A model generated the notes under the pieces. That model was given only the letters and a program-made list of their open reading frames with translations. It made no database searches and was not told the DNA's origin. A program made the translations under genes and the position numbers. 64,000 nucleotides of DNA from Octopus vulgaris. Its lineage: Eukaryota. The DNA is taken from assembly GCA_951406725.2 (NCBI GenBank), contig OX597818.1, positions 14,322,001-14,386,000 on the forward strand. Direction: 5' to 3'. Position 1 is the stretch's first letter; each line of letters starts with the position of its first letter. Below, piece after piece: positions 36,889 to 50,918 of the stretch.

Positions 36889-39800
36889 AATACCTTTTCA
36901 CCAATTTTTAAATATCGTGCTGTATTATCCATTGCAATTTTTCTTTTCAGATCAGGAAGTAAGTTGTGGAAGGCGTGTTATTTTCCTCGCAAAAATCAAC
37001 TCCGCTGGTGACATACCTGCATGTGTGTTTGGATTTGTTGTCACAGGGTATACTCTTAAGAATTGTTGTAGAGCTACCTCATTCGTAACTTCTTTATTGG
37101 ACCTTCTTATGGCTCTCTTGAACGTATCGACATTGTGCTCTGCTTGTCCGTTAGATCTGGGATAGGATGGCACCGTAGTTACATGTTCTACAGCGAAAAT
37201 TTCACAAAACGTTTTAAACTCAAAAGACAAAGATTGCGTTCCATTGCCAGACACTATCGCGTCTGGGACGCCAAATCTCACAAACTGCTTATGCAGAAAG
37301 TGTGTCCCAGCTGAGGGGGCTGGCTGTTTACAGCTACAAATTTCTGGCCATTTAGAGAAACTATCTACTATCACTATATAGTATGAACCGTTTAAGGAAC
37401 CTTCGAAATCGATGTGTAGTTACGACCACGGAACATCTATTTTTAGCCAGGGTTCACTTTTATCGTAGAGCATATCCTCTACAGCCTTTCAATAAATTTT
37501 CGATTTCTATGTTTATTTTTGACCAGTACACGTAGCTACTTATTAAAGATTTCATCCTCAAAGTCCTTTTCATCCTCAAAGTCCTTTTCTTTTGCGATGT
37601 TTCAGATATTTCTACAACTCTCTGCGCATATATCAGTACGCCATCACAAATTGAGTATAGGTTCACATCTTGGGTTTGTTTCGCACCAATCTTGTTCTTA
37701 TTTACTTTTCCTGTCCACAGCATTCTTTTCATTTCTATTATGAATTTGTCCTTTTCTGCATTTCGTGTTATGTCTCATAAGGTCACCAGTAATTCGAGTA
37801 CGACATTCCACATTCCAGTGTTTATTTCTCTTTCTGATCTTAAAGCTGCGATTACCATCCCTTCGTATGGCTCGCAGTGTTTCGGTATTAGTCGAGACAA
37901 CCCATCCGCATATCCTGTTTTTTTTTTTTACTGCAAATATTCCATTTGGCAATTATAATTCAAAAATATAGTACCCCATCATTGTAGCCTATTATCTGTG
38001 TGTTGGCATTGCTTTTTTAGAACCGTATATCGACAGTTGTGGGAGTTGATCCGTTTGAAGACAGAAACGTCTTCGATGAATAAACCTATGGAATCTTTTA
38101 ACTCCGAATATGATTGCTAACGCTTCCTTTTCTATTTGGCTATAATTCCTTTTAGCTGTTAATAACGATCTTGACGAATGGGCAATAGCCTTTTTACTTC
38201 CATCGTCATCTGTGTAGGAGCACTGTTCCTACACCAAAGTCACCCGCATCTGTAGTCAATATAATAAACTTTGGATCAAAATGATTTAACGATAATTTCG
38301 AAGTTAAAATGTTTTTCAATTTGTCGAATGCCTTCTGGCTCTTATCATTCCAGCACCATTTTGCATTTTTCTGTAACAAACCGTTTAGCAGGGCTCTTAC
38401 ATTGCGTCTATTGGGAATATAAAGTTGATAGTAATTTACTAATCCCAAAAATGCTTGTAGCATAGTCACATTATTCGGCATGGGAATTTAGTTTATTGCT
38501 CTGGAGGGATCCTGTTTCTGTCCGTTTTTATCTATTATCTTGCCCAGGTATTTATTTATTGTTTTTTTACAGAAAGAACTCGCATTTTCTTTCACTTTAC
38601 TTAAAACGGCATTCTCTTATCTTTTCGAATACCCACTTTACTTGTTCTAAATGTTGTTTGTGTTATTCGGTTTTTATTAGAATATCATTTAAATAGACAA
38701 TAGCCAAATCATAGTCACCCAGCATTGTATCCATTACTTGCCGAAATATGGAAGGAGCCACTTTCATACCGAATGGAAGCCACGCTGTATATATATATAT
38801 CAATGGATAATAAGTGTGAGCATCCTTCTACTCGGATTTTTAAATATGCCTCCGAGAGGTCTATTTGTGAGAAGAATTTCTATCCATTCAATTTTTCGAA
38901 CACATCCTCAGAACTCAGCAATAGGTAGTTATGTAAGATTAAGGAATCTTTCAATCCAGTTGAGAAAATCTGCACAAACTCTTAACTTCATTTTTACGAA
39001 GACCGTAGATGCTGCCTAATCTAAATTTTCCGCCTTCTTGATTGTTCCTAGGCTTTCAAATCTTGCAAGTTCCTTAATTACCTGTTTCAGTGCCGCGAAC
39101 GGTACATTCCGTTTTGGCTGAAATATAGGTGTTGCACTTTGTTTTACTACAATCTTTGCCTGTTTTCCTGCAGTAAGGCAGATCATCCGAGAAAACATCT
39201 GGAAATAAATGTTATATTTTTCGTTTCAATCCCTCAGCTCCATTCAAACCTTCGACTGAACCGACTATTCTCCCATACAAAACAGTTATGGACGTATTCC
39301 ACAATTTGAGTAGTTGTATCCACGCTGTGCCGAATAGATTAACGGAATTTTTTAACACATATACATTTGACGTTTTCATTTGGTCACGAAATGTCACATT
39401 ACGCACTAATTCACCTACAACAAACATTTTTTTTGCCCGTAACACCATGTACTACTTTTGTAGATTTACCTAATTTTGGCTTACCGATATTCTTCCAACT
39501 TTCTTCAGTCACAATGTTAATATCACTTCCAGTGTGCAACTGCATTTTTGCTCTTATATTTCAATTTTCACATTTATGAATTTCTTTGTCACATTACCAT
39601 TTTCTTTCGACCACATCTTGTTTTCTCTTTTTTTCTTTCTTCCAATGCTTCGTCATCTTAGTTGTACAGTGCGCTTTTACGTGTCCAATTTTACCACAGC
39701 GGAAACATTCCGCTTTCTTTCGCACTTGATTCATTTGGGAGAAATCTCTATGTTCAATTTTCTCTTTGTTGTGTTTTAAATTTACTAATTTTTCACAATC

Positions 39801-40544
39801 TTCTGACATTTGTTGTAAGGTTTTAACTTGGTTTGGTTCCAGCTTAGCGAGAATTCTTGTTCTTATTTCTGGGACTTTTTCTGCAGTTAGTCCCTGGGTA
39901 AATATCAGGCACTTGAACATATCTTGCATTAATCCATTTAGTTTGAGCATTTCATATTCCCTGCTAACTCTACCAGCATATGTGATGTAGCCCCCCTCGT
40001 TGTTCTTTTGTAGGTTTAAATATTTCGAGCGTGTATTGAATAACGAGTTTTTCTCCCTAAAAATTTTACACTATACGTCTATTGTATTTTTAAAGTTTCT
40101 GTCAGAAGGTTTTTTTCGGGAGTATGTAATTGCTCTCCTGCTGCCAGTTTTCTTGGGATTAGACGTATTTTCATATCGTCGTACCAATATTTCCACTCTT
40201 TATTGAGGATCTATTCGTTTCTTCTATAGTACGCCTGTTTCATACTTATATTCCGATATTGAGGTTGCAACATAATCTGGCGATAATATTTTTACAGCAT
40301 TTTTTGACGACTTACTATTCATTAATTTCAGCATTTGTTGTAATAGTAATTGTTCTTGCTGTTGTTGTCCTTGCAGTTGTTGATTTTGCTGTTTTTGCAA
40401 CTCGAGCAAGCCGGCCAAAAAGTTTACGTTTTTGTATACCGTAAAATTCGTTCAAAAAGCGTATGAGTTTCGTAACTCCTTGTGTTTGTTTAATCCGCAT
40501 GAGTTTGTTAATTCATCGTGAGTTTGTTAATTCTTCGTCTCAAC

Positions 40545-40746
40545 TATTGTAATCCAACGATGCACTTGCTATAATGTCCACTCCGTTATATCAGTATAGT
40601 TAGTTAGACAAGTAAAGACACGATTATCTATTGCCGATTACCCGACTGACACTCCGCGACTCCCTACGTCACAGTATTTGTAACGAACTCACATACCACT
40701 CGTCACGTGGGAGGGGTGTTACATTATTATTATTATCTCCATGACA
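40545..40746 (-). repeat. 5' LTR of the Gypsy element
   Basis: Starts TGTCATGGAG on the minus strand. Followed by the degenerate PBS-like TGAGACGAAG. Confidence 0.85.
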
Positions 40747-41728
40747 TTATCCATTAAGGTCATTCAATTAGAAGTTTAGAAATTCGTATTTTAACAGCAT
40801 CTGTAAGAAATATGTGGTTCAGTACCATTATGCTAAAGCGAAATTGAAGGTAGTCACACTACTGGCCCAAGTGCATGATGGGTCGTATTACATGGATCTC
40901 GCTTGCCCATTCATAACGATAATCATTTTGTTCTGGATTGCTTTGGAATAATGTTCTAACTAGTTTCTTCAATTATTTCATGAATTATACGGAATCCTTT
41001 TGTTTAGTTAAACCCAATTGCAATTAAGTAAACGATACCTGCGGAAAGAAAATAAAACCAATCAAGGAGCCAATCTAATCAGGAAACCATTTTGAAGTTA
41101 CTCGATCTGCTGGAAAAACAGTCAAAATTTCAACCTACCCCCACCACCTTAATAAAAAAACATACTAGTTAATGTAGCTTCTAATAAAAAACAGAAATAT
41201 GGGAATACACCTTTTACCATTGGTGTTTCCAAACATGGCGCACTTGGGGATAAATCAATACATACTCGTGAATAATTTTACTGGAGAATGTCAATGGCGA
41301 ATTTCACAGCACTGTGTGAAAATAGAAATTTAATTTTCCATGACTAAGAACACATAAACTATCACAAGTCTCACATTTTGCAAATCACCTTCCTCCAGAT
41401 TATTTTATACTTACCAGCCTGTCTACTTCACAACCTGAAAAAGTTTGTTCGTCCCTTGTGTTTTATATTCTTACCACTTAACTTTTCGATCTGTCTCTTC
41501 TCTCCAAAAAATCGTTAAATGTGTAGAAGTTCGGTATAGAGTAGTCAAGAAGTTTTTCAGCCAGTCTAATAAAAGCAATCTTATTTTAACTTATAACAAT
41601 TTATTCAAAAAGTATCCAAAATTTAGAAACGTTTGGTCAGTATATTGTGCGCTCTACTTTAATATCGCAAATTTCACTGGATGCACACATATTTCATTAA
41701 ATTGCCGACGTTGTGCCAAAATCAGAAA

Positions 41729-41729
41729 C

Positions 41730-41790
<61 letters not shown>

Positions 41791-41797
41791 TTTATTA

Positions 41798-41861
<64 letters not shown>

Positions 41862-41890
41862 CATCATCATCATCATCATTGTTATTATTA
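41729..41890. repeat. (TTA)n(TCA)n microsatellite
   Basis: Visible tract. Confidence 0.95.
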
Positions 41891-41894
41891 CTTT

Positions 41895-43260
41895 TAGGCT
41901 TTGTGCCTATAGTAGAATGGGTTATTATTATCATTATTATAGACGTCACATAGAATACAATATGTACTGTTTGTCAAGTCACAACAAGCCCCACAGATGG
42001 ACAGTATTTTACGCAATATGCGTGCAGTTCCAAGTAATGCCGACTTTTTCAATAGACCTAGATTGTAGGGTATTTCTAAAGTTTTCAGATGATATTTCAG
42101 ATTGGGTGTTATTAAACCCAATTTTCCGATGACAACAGAGATAATCTTTATGTTTGACTCTCGAAGGTGCCACATCTCAGCGATCGCAATTCTCAGGTCT
42201 CCATATTCATCAATCTTTTCTTTTACTTTCATGTTGATATGTTGATCTCCTGACACTGCCATGTCAATTATTAGCCTCTTTTGTTTGTCCCACCTAAAGG
42301 TGCTCTGATACCATGCCTGTCAGGAAGTCAGTCCCAGAGGATTTTGCCTTACCCTTTTCGTCCATTACTTTCTCTGGTGTATGTTGGTACCAAGCACCCG
42401 TAACCTCATATCCATACGTACGGCATAGTAGCCAGTGGAGTTTTGGGGCTATCTTGTCGTGTCTACGCTTGTACTCTTTCTGCGCAAGACTTTCACAAAC
42501 ACTAACAATGTGAGTCACGCTTTCGACTCTCTTCCCATACATTCTGCAGCGGTCTGTTGCACGTGTGTGGTATATATTCTTTTTCACTGAGTTGGTATTC
42601 AATGCCTGGTTCTGGGCAGCGATGATTAGGCTTTCAGTATTCTTTTTTAGGTCGACCTTGTTAAGTCACCACCTTGATGCTTCCTGGTCTTTTAATTTCT
42701 TGACCTCATGGTGGAACTGACCATGTAATTCCACGCGGAGTAGGGTTTCTTCGCTCTCGCTGGCTGTTCATGATCGGAATTCATGAGCACTCTCAAGTCC
42801 ATTTTTATAAAGTCCTTCTGAATTAAAAGTATACTGTAGCAGGTCTTGTTGGCTGTTTACCAAATATTCTACCACGCTCTTCTTTCACTGTTGATGCACT
42901 CCTGTACTCTAATCAGCCCACGTGCATTTTTACCCCTCTTCATGTAGAGCCTGTGTACATTCGCCTTAGGGCACCATACACTGTCATTGACTTTCGGGTT
43001 GTGCGATCGAGTTGGTTAATCTCCGCTTGTGTTCATTTCGGGCTAGGTGAACTATAGCGGACCACATCAACAGCTCATTTATTCTTTTCTTTCTCACCTA
43101 TTTTCAATTTCATTCGTTTTCAATTTCTTGTACAGTGCTTTATCTTTGCAATATTTCATCCTATACAAGCCTGACCTTCTTACTTCTAAAAATATCGGTT
43201 GTGAGGCATTTTTATATACCATGCTATGTTGTTTTCTTCTACTCTAATGCTGTGATGGCA
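41895..43260 (-). mobile_element. Decayed Dong/R4-type LINE 3' part
   Basis: CRMYGKRVESVTHIVSVC, KRRHDKIA, KEKIDEYGDL and SALLGTARILRK. The 3' end abuts (TAA)n. Confidence 0.88.
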
Positions 43261-43339
43261 TCCAATAAATCCCTTTCCCCCTCTCTTATTATTATTATTA
43301 TTAAAGAAAAAATCCTAACAAATAACGTTAGTATCCGAG

Positions 43340-43623
43340 GTATTCCTAAGTATCCGAGGTATTCCTAATAACACTGTTTTTCTGCAGCTCTATAAACTGT
43401 GTTTTATGCATATTTCTTCTATCCATCTGTCCAGATCTTTCGGTATAGTTCTCAATGCACCTGTAACTACTGGGATACATTTTAATCGCACTTTCCATAG
43501 TCTCATTAATTCTGTGTCTAGGTCCTGGTACTTTGCTATTTTTTACTATACCTCTCACATTGATTTTTTTTATCATTTGGACTGTAAAGTCAATTATTTG
43601 GCACTTTCTATTCTCTTTATCTT

Positions 43624-43656
<33 letters not shown>

Positions 43657-43673
43657 ATAATAATAATAATACA

Positions 43674-43733
<60 letters not shown>

Positions 43734-44125
43734 ACTACTACTACTAAATCAGGCCTTCTAGCTTCTATTAATTTGTTGGTCTGAATGTTAAAGTCGCACA
43801 TCTTGTATTTATTACAATTATTAGTATGTTCAAATCCTAGCTTTATACATAGCTCTCAGTGCTTTACTCTCCCGAGGTTACTATATGAGTAACACTTGCT
43901 TCTTTTGATTTTCATAACCTACATTGGGAATCTGCCTGGTTTTGTCTATCTTGGCTTTCATCCAAATAGTCCTCAATACTTGATCTTATGCTGCTACTAT
44001 CAAACTTTCTGCCTCCCTCTTCAGCCGTAATTTCTGTAACCATAACCATAATCTCGCTACTATTATTCCTCGCAACTTCTCTTGCCAGTCAGATACTCTT
44101 ATTCGTTTTTCTGATTTTTAACTCA
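43340..44125 (-). mobile_element. Dong/R4-type RLE fragment interrupted by an in-frame trinucleotide microsatellite
   Basis: DFNIQTNKLIEARRPDL[V/A run]EDKENRKCQIIDF. Upstream it carries LRTIWMKAKIDK/CRFPM-like sequence. Confidence 0.8.
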
Positions 44126-44144
44126 TTATTATTATTATTATTAT

Positions 44145-44265
<121 letters not shown>

Positions 44266-47200
44266 TGTTGTTGGATTTGTAAAGTAGGATGAATGCATGG
44301 AAACGTCGTTTACAGTATTTATTCTGCCCCTTTATATTGCGAGTTCAGCTTGCTATAATTACATGCTATTGTTCATGTTTTGTTGTTACTATTAGTGTTG
44401 TGGATGTTGTAATGCTAGAAATTGTGATCATATTTGGGTTTGCAGATCATGATATATATATCATGATCTACACCACTATCTCAATCTAATTTTCATTTCA
44501 AATTTCTGTTTAAAATTCTATTTTAAACTTCTAGCTCTGTTATGTTTCCCCAGCAAAAGTTAAATTGTGCTAGAACGTCATGATGTGTCACCCTTATCAC
44601 TCTTCATTCTATATAAACGGATATTAGGTAAAATTTCTCATTTCTACATGGTTGTATAGAGTGCTTCTGCGCTAAAATCTGTGATTAAAATTTTATTAGT
44701 TCATAACCATATTGATTCGCGCGTGTGACAACGTCTGTCTTGCTACAAATGCTTTTCAATCCTTTTTCAGCTGGTTCTAGAAAGCTGCTGTGTCAGTTTA
44801 TGTTACTGTCGTTGTAGTATTTTCTGTTGCTATTTTTCTTCATTTCTTGATGGGGAACTCATGGTGCAATGATTTTTTTTTCACTTCTGCCGGTGTTAAT
44901 GTTGATGACAATGGCGGGTCCATTACTGCAATCTGCTGCCCTATTTGAAAAATCATTGCTGCTACTATTATTTTTCTTGCTCTTGTTGGCTTCATTGCTG
45001 CAGTTGTTGCTTTTAGCGTTTGATGTTTTTATTGTTAATGTTATTGTTTTTTGCTACTGTTTTGACTGATGCTACTGTTGTGATTGATGTTACTATTAGT
45101 ATTTCTGGTTATGCTATTGCTATGGCTGCGATCCTGTGGAGGTGCTGGCCGTAAAATTCAAAGTCATGTTCTACTTTCATTTTCCTCTCTTACTACTCAG
45201 CCAGTAATGATGAAGTGTTGAAGATATTAATGAAAATTTTGTTTTGGCTGAAAAATTATATTTGCCTAAAATTTCCAGTGGAGCAGTAAAAGAAAAAGGT
45301 ACACACTACCTTAAAGAACTCGTCAAACAAAGAAGATAAAACATTGTAAGTAAAATATAGTCCGCTGAAAAGTAAAACAAAACATCAACTTTCGGAGCTG
45401 TTGAAGCAATGAACAACAACGATAATAACGTTTTTGTCTAATTTAGACACAAGAACAGCAGCTTTGAAGAGAGAGATTTAGCGAATACCACTGACTCCAG
45501 TAATTAATTTGTACATAATTTTATCAATCCCTGCGTAAGGAAATAATTTGAATTACGGAAGTAATATTAGAAGTTATGCAGCAAGATATTTTGCCCACCG
45601 GGCGATGCAGTGACCCAGCTGAGCATCAGAAAAAAATGCCTTGAGATATTTAGTTAAGAATTTTCGTCTTATTAAATTCTATCGAGGTCGATTTTGCCTT
45701 TCATTCATCTAAATTAAGTAAACCGAGTACCGGTATAGTTACGATCAAGAATAGTAGTCCTTGATCTTTTTTCGATTTAAAAGTCTAATGGGGGTGGCAC
45801 AGATGAAGATGCTGTTCGCTTTCTATTTAAATTGATTGTTATGTGTCAGAACACTTACTTTTTTTGAGTTTTGGACAAAATATCGACAGAAATATTTATT
45901 ATTGTTAGGTCGCTTTTCTTTTCTTAATTCTGCTTATCGATACATTAGTGATGATAAGAACATATCAAGAGATTTGCGGATAACTTATCACGAAGAATTA
46001 CAAGGGTGATACATCATGACGTTCTAGCACAATTTAACTTTTGCTGGGGAAACAAGTAATAATTTTATCATTATACTGAAGATATACGCGGATATAGTGT
46101 GAGGTGTTTTTTTTTTTATTATATCGACCCCACGACATTCCTATGTTTTATTTCCTCGATCTCGAAATACATGAAATGGTAAATGACCAGTTGTTTAAAG
46201 GGTAACTTGGTCTGGCATATCTACTGCGAATGACATACTTTAGGAACTGAACTTCATCAATTTTTGGCCTTAATGTACAACACCCATGACAGAGAGTTAT
46301 TCATGCGTATCTACGTGTGTAAGTTTGGTAATTGAATTTGATCATTTCGGTGATTATAACACATCTAGACTCAGACATCTGGATATATAAATACATTGAA
46401 ACATAATTTATAAACTGTAAACTGCCAATTTCGCTGCATATGAGACAGTCGCAAAATATCTTGATTAAAAGGACATGAATTTTAAAAAAGTATATGTATT
46501 TGCTACAGTAACTCTCATGTAATTCTGAAGGCATCAAGCTCAATATAAAATTCTTATGTCATCAAGGGGAGCTGTTTTAAAACCATAGCACCAGAAAGAT
46601 TATCTCCAGCTCTTATAAAGCATTGCTACACTTCTGTTATATGAATTTTAATTTACGAATAGCTTAAATGATACATCATGATTTGAATCACTTAAAGATA
46701 TAGTGACTGCAAAATATGTGTATACATATTTTTCACTTGCTTTATTTCTCTCACATCTATCTATCTACCTATCTATCTATTTACCTATCTATCTATCTAT
46801 TTATCTATCAATATGTCTGTCTATCTATCATGATAACCATCAACTGAAAAAGATAACACTCATATTTTAAAAGGAAAGAAGTAATTTAGGCTACTTGTGT
46901 TTTAATTATACTTTTTATAAATCTCATATAACACGTAAGCAAATTTTCATTCCATTGATTTTGAAACTTTCAATGACGAACAATATATCGCCATATGATC
47001 TAACTTCAAAATTTTTCAGAATTTATTTTAGCAGTCAATTTATTGCTTCCGGAAGAAAGCCCGCGAAAGCTGTTGGTTCAAGACATTACCTGTGTTACGC
47101 CAATATATTTCTTAGCACTACTCTTGTTTGCATTGATAATTATATGATTAATTGATTAACATCGCCATACACGTAAGGCAGATGGGAGGGTCATGGCTGA

Positions 47201-48774
47201 AGCATATTTGATCCCTATTCTACTCAAGCGACGTTGACTTGGAGCTAAGAAACAGCTAGTCGCCATGTTCAACTTTTAACTCCTGTAAGTTTATTGAATG
47301 AAGGAAAAGACTCGCATTTAGATTGCTCTGCGAAATATAAGGCTTATTTATTCCCATTATTTTGAATTAATTATGCCTTATCTCGTAGCTTCAAGGTTAC
47401 GATAAGATTGTTTATTTTTAGAATGACATAGCAGGGTAGGTGCTAGAGACCATGTTTGACCAGTTTGAACATAAAAGAGGTAGCATATTTGAGCAAGATA
47501 TGGACTATAGAGTTAAATGATAAACAGAGGTAGATGACCAAAACAATAACCAAAGCTCTCGTCCGAAGAAGTACATTTTAAGACTCCTTCTAAGCTATCC
47601 AAGGATTCATGCCTTGAATAGAATCTCAATGAACAAAGAGAGGCCACCAGATGTAAAAAATGGTGGTCAGTCATATTCTTAAACTTATTCTAATTAGATG
47701 TAACATCCTGCTCAGAAATGTTTCTTTCGTTGTTCAAATTCATGTTATTTTACAATTTATAGTGTTAACATATAAACAGGAGATTATATGATGTATTTAT
47801 CATTTTAAAATTAATTAGGGAAAATAGTATGATATTAATGTATATGGTAGATTGTAATGTTAGCTTTCTCTAGAGCATCCCAGAAGAAAGAGACCGATGA
47901 TCCAAGATAATCCTGTTCTGTGATCAGCGTTTCTTTTTATGAGTTTTTAGAACAGCATTATCTAATGTGCATCTTACCTTATTTAAGATGGTACTGAGTG
48001 AGTTAAGAGAGGTTTGATTCTTATTTCTAGCATCGCTAATGCTCACATAAACGTTCAAAGTTGACTCGACAGGTTTTTCTTGTAGTGTATAATTCTCGAC
48101 AAAACAAAAAAAGAAAATACGCAGAAAAATTTCTTTCTTGGTTTCCTCATCATAAAAGAAGAGAAATTCTAATAATCTTGGAAAACAGAAAAAAATGAGA
48201 AATAAAGGAAATAAACTAAGCATAGAAAAAAAGAGTAAGCTGCGATTCAAGCTGATAAATTTGCTACATCAAATCACGATCTTAATTTAGATTATATAAC
48301 TAGATTACTCTCCGTTCGGGTGCAGTCTCTTTTCAAGCAGCAGAATTCCATTTTGAAAATACTTAAATATATTAAAAAATGTCTGGGTTTGGAAAATATT
48401 TAAACTAGTTTGTTCCAAAATAGTAAAATACAATTGATTTATATAATTTCTTCCCACTTCAAGTAATGACGTGAAACCATGTTAAAGAAGAACAGTTTCA
48501 CAGACATGATAAAATATAAAATAAAAATTAGGGGATAAGATTTTATTTTTATTCCGATAAAGACATACAAATCATGATAACAATTGTTTTTATTAGAATT
48601 CTTCTAAAGCAAAAAATAAATACTAAAACGCTGTTTCAAAAATTGTAGTTTTCTTTTTTTTCTTTTTTAGGCGTATGATAATTGCTTAAAACGAAGTGAC
48701 AAATATACAAATATAGAAAATAGAATTCTTTCTTAAAAGTAGGTTCTTGAAAAATTAAGTTTAACCGATAACTA

Positions 48775-48776
<2 letters not shown>

Positions 48777-48854
<78 letters not shown>

Positions 48855-48860
48855 TGTGTG
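48777..48860. repeat. (TG)n microsatellite
   Basis: Visible tract. Confidence 0.95.
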
Positions 48861-49080
48861 AGTTTGTGCGTATGTATGTGTGAGTTGGTATGTCCGTGTT
48901 TCCTATTCACTACTGGTTGAAAACTAGTGTCGGTTTGTTGCTCCTTTTAAAGTAGCAGGTTTTTAAACCAATGCACTGGATTCAATTTGTTCGACGACAC
49001 CCTTCAAGGCTGTACCCCAGCATGGCCTCAGCATGACTCAACCAAGTAAAGCACAGGCCATTTATATATATATATATATA

Positions 49081-49308
49081 GGCGCAGGAGTGTCTGTGTG
49101 GTAAGTAGCTTCCTTACAGTATGCTCTGTATACTGCCTTTATGGCAAATAAAATGAAATAAAGTAGCTTGCTTACAAACCACATGGTTCTGTATTCATCC
49201 CCACTACGTGGCACCTTGGGCAAGTGTCTTCTACTATAGGATCAGGCCGACCAAAGCCTTGTGAGTGGATTAATAGGTTTGGTAGACGGAAACTGAAAGA
49301 AACCCGTC

Positions 49309-49354
<46 letters not shown>

Positions 49355-49580
49355 ATATATATATATCTGTGTGCGTATTTGTTTGTGTGTCTGTGTTTGT
49401 TCCCCTACAAGTGCTTGACAATCCATGTTGGTGTGTTTACGTCTCCGTGACTTAGGGTTCGGCAAAAGAGACCGACAGAATAAATACTAGGCTTACAAAG
49501 ACTGAGTGCTGGGGTCGATGCTCCATCATGACCGCAGTTAAATGACTGAAACAAATAAGAGAATAAGAGAATTAGAGAAT
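49081..49580 (+). mobile_element. tRNA-derived SINE with internal microsatellite
   Basis: GGCGCAGGAGTGTCTGTGTGGTAAG head, GGCACCTTGGGCAAGTG core, internal (TA)n(TG)n and a purine-rich tail. Related 3' fragments at ~23820-23900, ~48900-49050 and ~63390-63600. Confidence 0.75.
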
Positions 49581-49581
49581 A

Positions 49582-50032
49582 TAAAGAAAACATTAAATGG
49601 AAATAATATTGATGAATAACAATTGATTTGCATCAATTAATATTTATTAATTACTTACAAAACGACTGCATCTCATCTAGCAGCTTTTTCGGCTGTCCAT
49701 GTTCTTTGTTGTCGCCATTTTTATGCTAAAATTTATATCAGCGGGAAAAATAAATAAATAAAAAGAAGAGATAAGAAAAGAAGAAGGAAAGGCTGAATAC
49801 GGGGAGAATCAAATCATGTTGTGTGTGTATCTCCCTAAGACGCTCCATGATTCAAATCGGTTCAATTACCAACTATGATATACATTTTTAGCATAATAAC
49901 AGTGATACCAAAGGACATTGACAGCAGAAACAGCTTTTAGATTGGATGCAGTCTTTTTATAAATAATTAATAAATTATAATTGGAACAAATAAATTGTTC
50001 ATCAATATTATCTCAATTTTGTGTTTTCTTTA
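49582..50032. repeat. Diverged inverted repeat (arms ~49582-49740 and ~49876-50032)
   Basis: e.g. ATAATATTGATGAA / TTCATCAATATTAT, GACTGCATC / GATGCAGTC, TTATGCTAAAA / TTTTAGCATAA. Confidence 0.8.
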
Positions 50033-50233
50033 AATCTTGATTCATGATAAACTGTTTATCCTTGCTTTTACCAATAATTTATGAGCATAAAACGTCTACA
50101 CATACCGGTTGTAAAATGGATACTTTTATCCTTTAGACGGTTATTTTAACCTCTAACTCAGCTAACCTTATATATGTGTGTATGTGTTTATAAAAATATC
50201 CATATATGTATATATAAGTTATATACATATGTG

Positions 50234-50270
<37 letters not shown>

Positions 50271-50918
50271 TATATATATATGTGTGTGCGTATGTGTTAT
50301 ATATATATACACAGAGAGTTTATGCGTTTGAAGTAGTGTACAGGTATTGCATAATGAGAAAAAGGAAGCAGTCAGAATCTTGGGTAATTCTTTATTAGCG
50401 CTTTCGTTCGTTTAACCGAAATAAATTAAAAACAGAATGATAAAAACAGAACGTGTGAATCGGATGTTTTTTGTTTTGTTTAGAAAATGACATTATTTTT
50501 GTGGGTTTTTGGAGAAAGAGAGAAATATGGGTATCAGAACAATCGAGAAAGAGAAAGAAAATCAGAGAAGAGGTTTCTTTTCAAATATATTCTTTGTTTA
50601 CAAGAGAAAATTTCGTGTTTGGAGAAAAGGGAAAGAGCAGGAGGGAACAGGATAATCGAGAATGAGGAAGAAAGGCAAAGGTAGGAAGGAGAGACAGAGG
50701 TTTCTTTGAATATATATATATAAACAATTGCAGTGTGGAAGGTTTTTATAGGCCATTTGAAAACACAAAATTCCGTTAGATTCACTTTAACATTTAAATT
50801 AATTTGTCAAACTATATTCCTCGCTTTGAAACCGCGAACTGTTCACTGACAAAATTCCGTGCTGCATATAAGAAAGTAGCAGTTAGTTCATGATATGCAT
50901 GTACGTATGTATGAATGT

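Larger units (their letters stand above)
35884..40746 (-). mobile_element. Decayed full-length Gypsy LTR retrotransposon (Mag-like)
   Basis: Two diverged ~200-bp LTRs. Gag with CFRCGKIGHVKAHC, protease-like HTGSD, RT-region KRNVPFAAL and AFLGLVNYY, RNase H TTDAGDFGVG, integrase IVDSFSKWPE / GVPDAIVSGNG / YPRSNGQAE. Purine tract AAAGGGAAGA precedes the 3' LTR. Confidence 0.92.

Noticed and set aside
35879-40751. Target-site duplication of the Gypsy element
   Set aside because: The flanks TCAAC and TTATC match at only 3 of 5 positions, so none is claimed.
44760-45130. Hydrophobic Leu-rich ORF 44869-45069
   Set aside because: Decayed (TGT/TGC)n low-complexity sequence.
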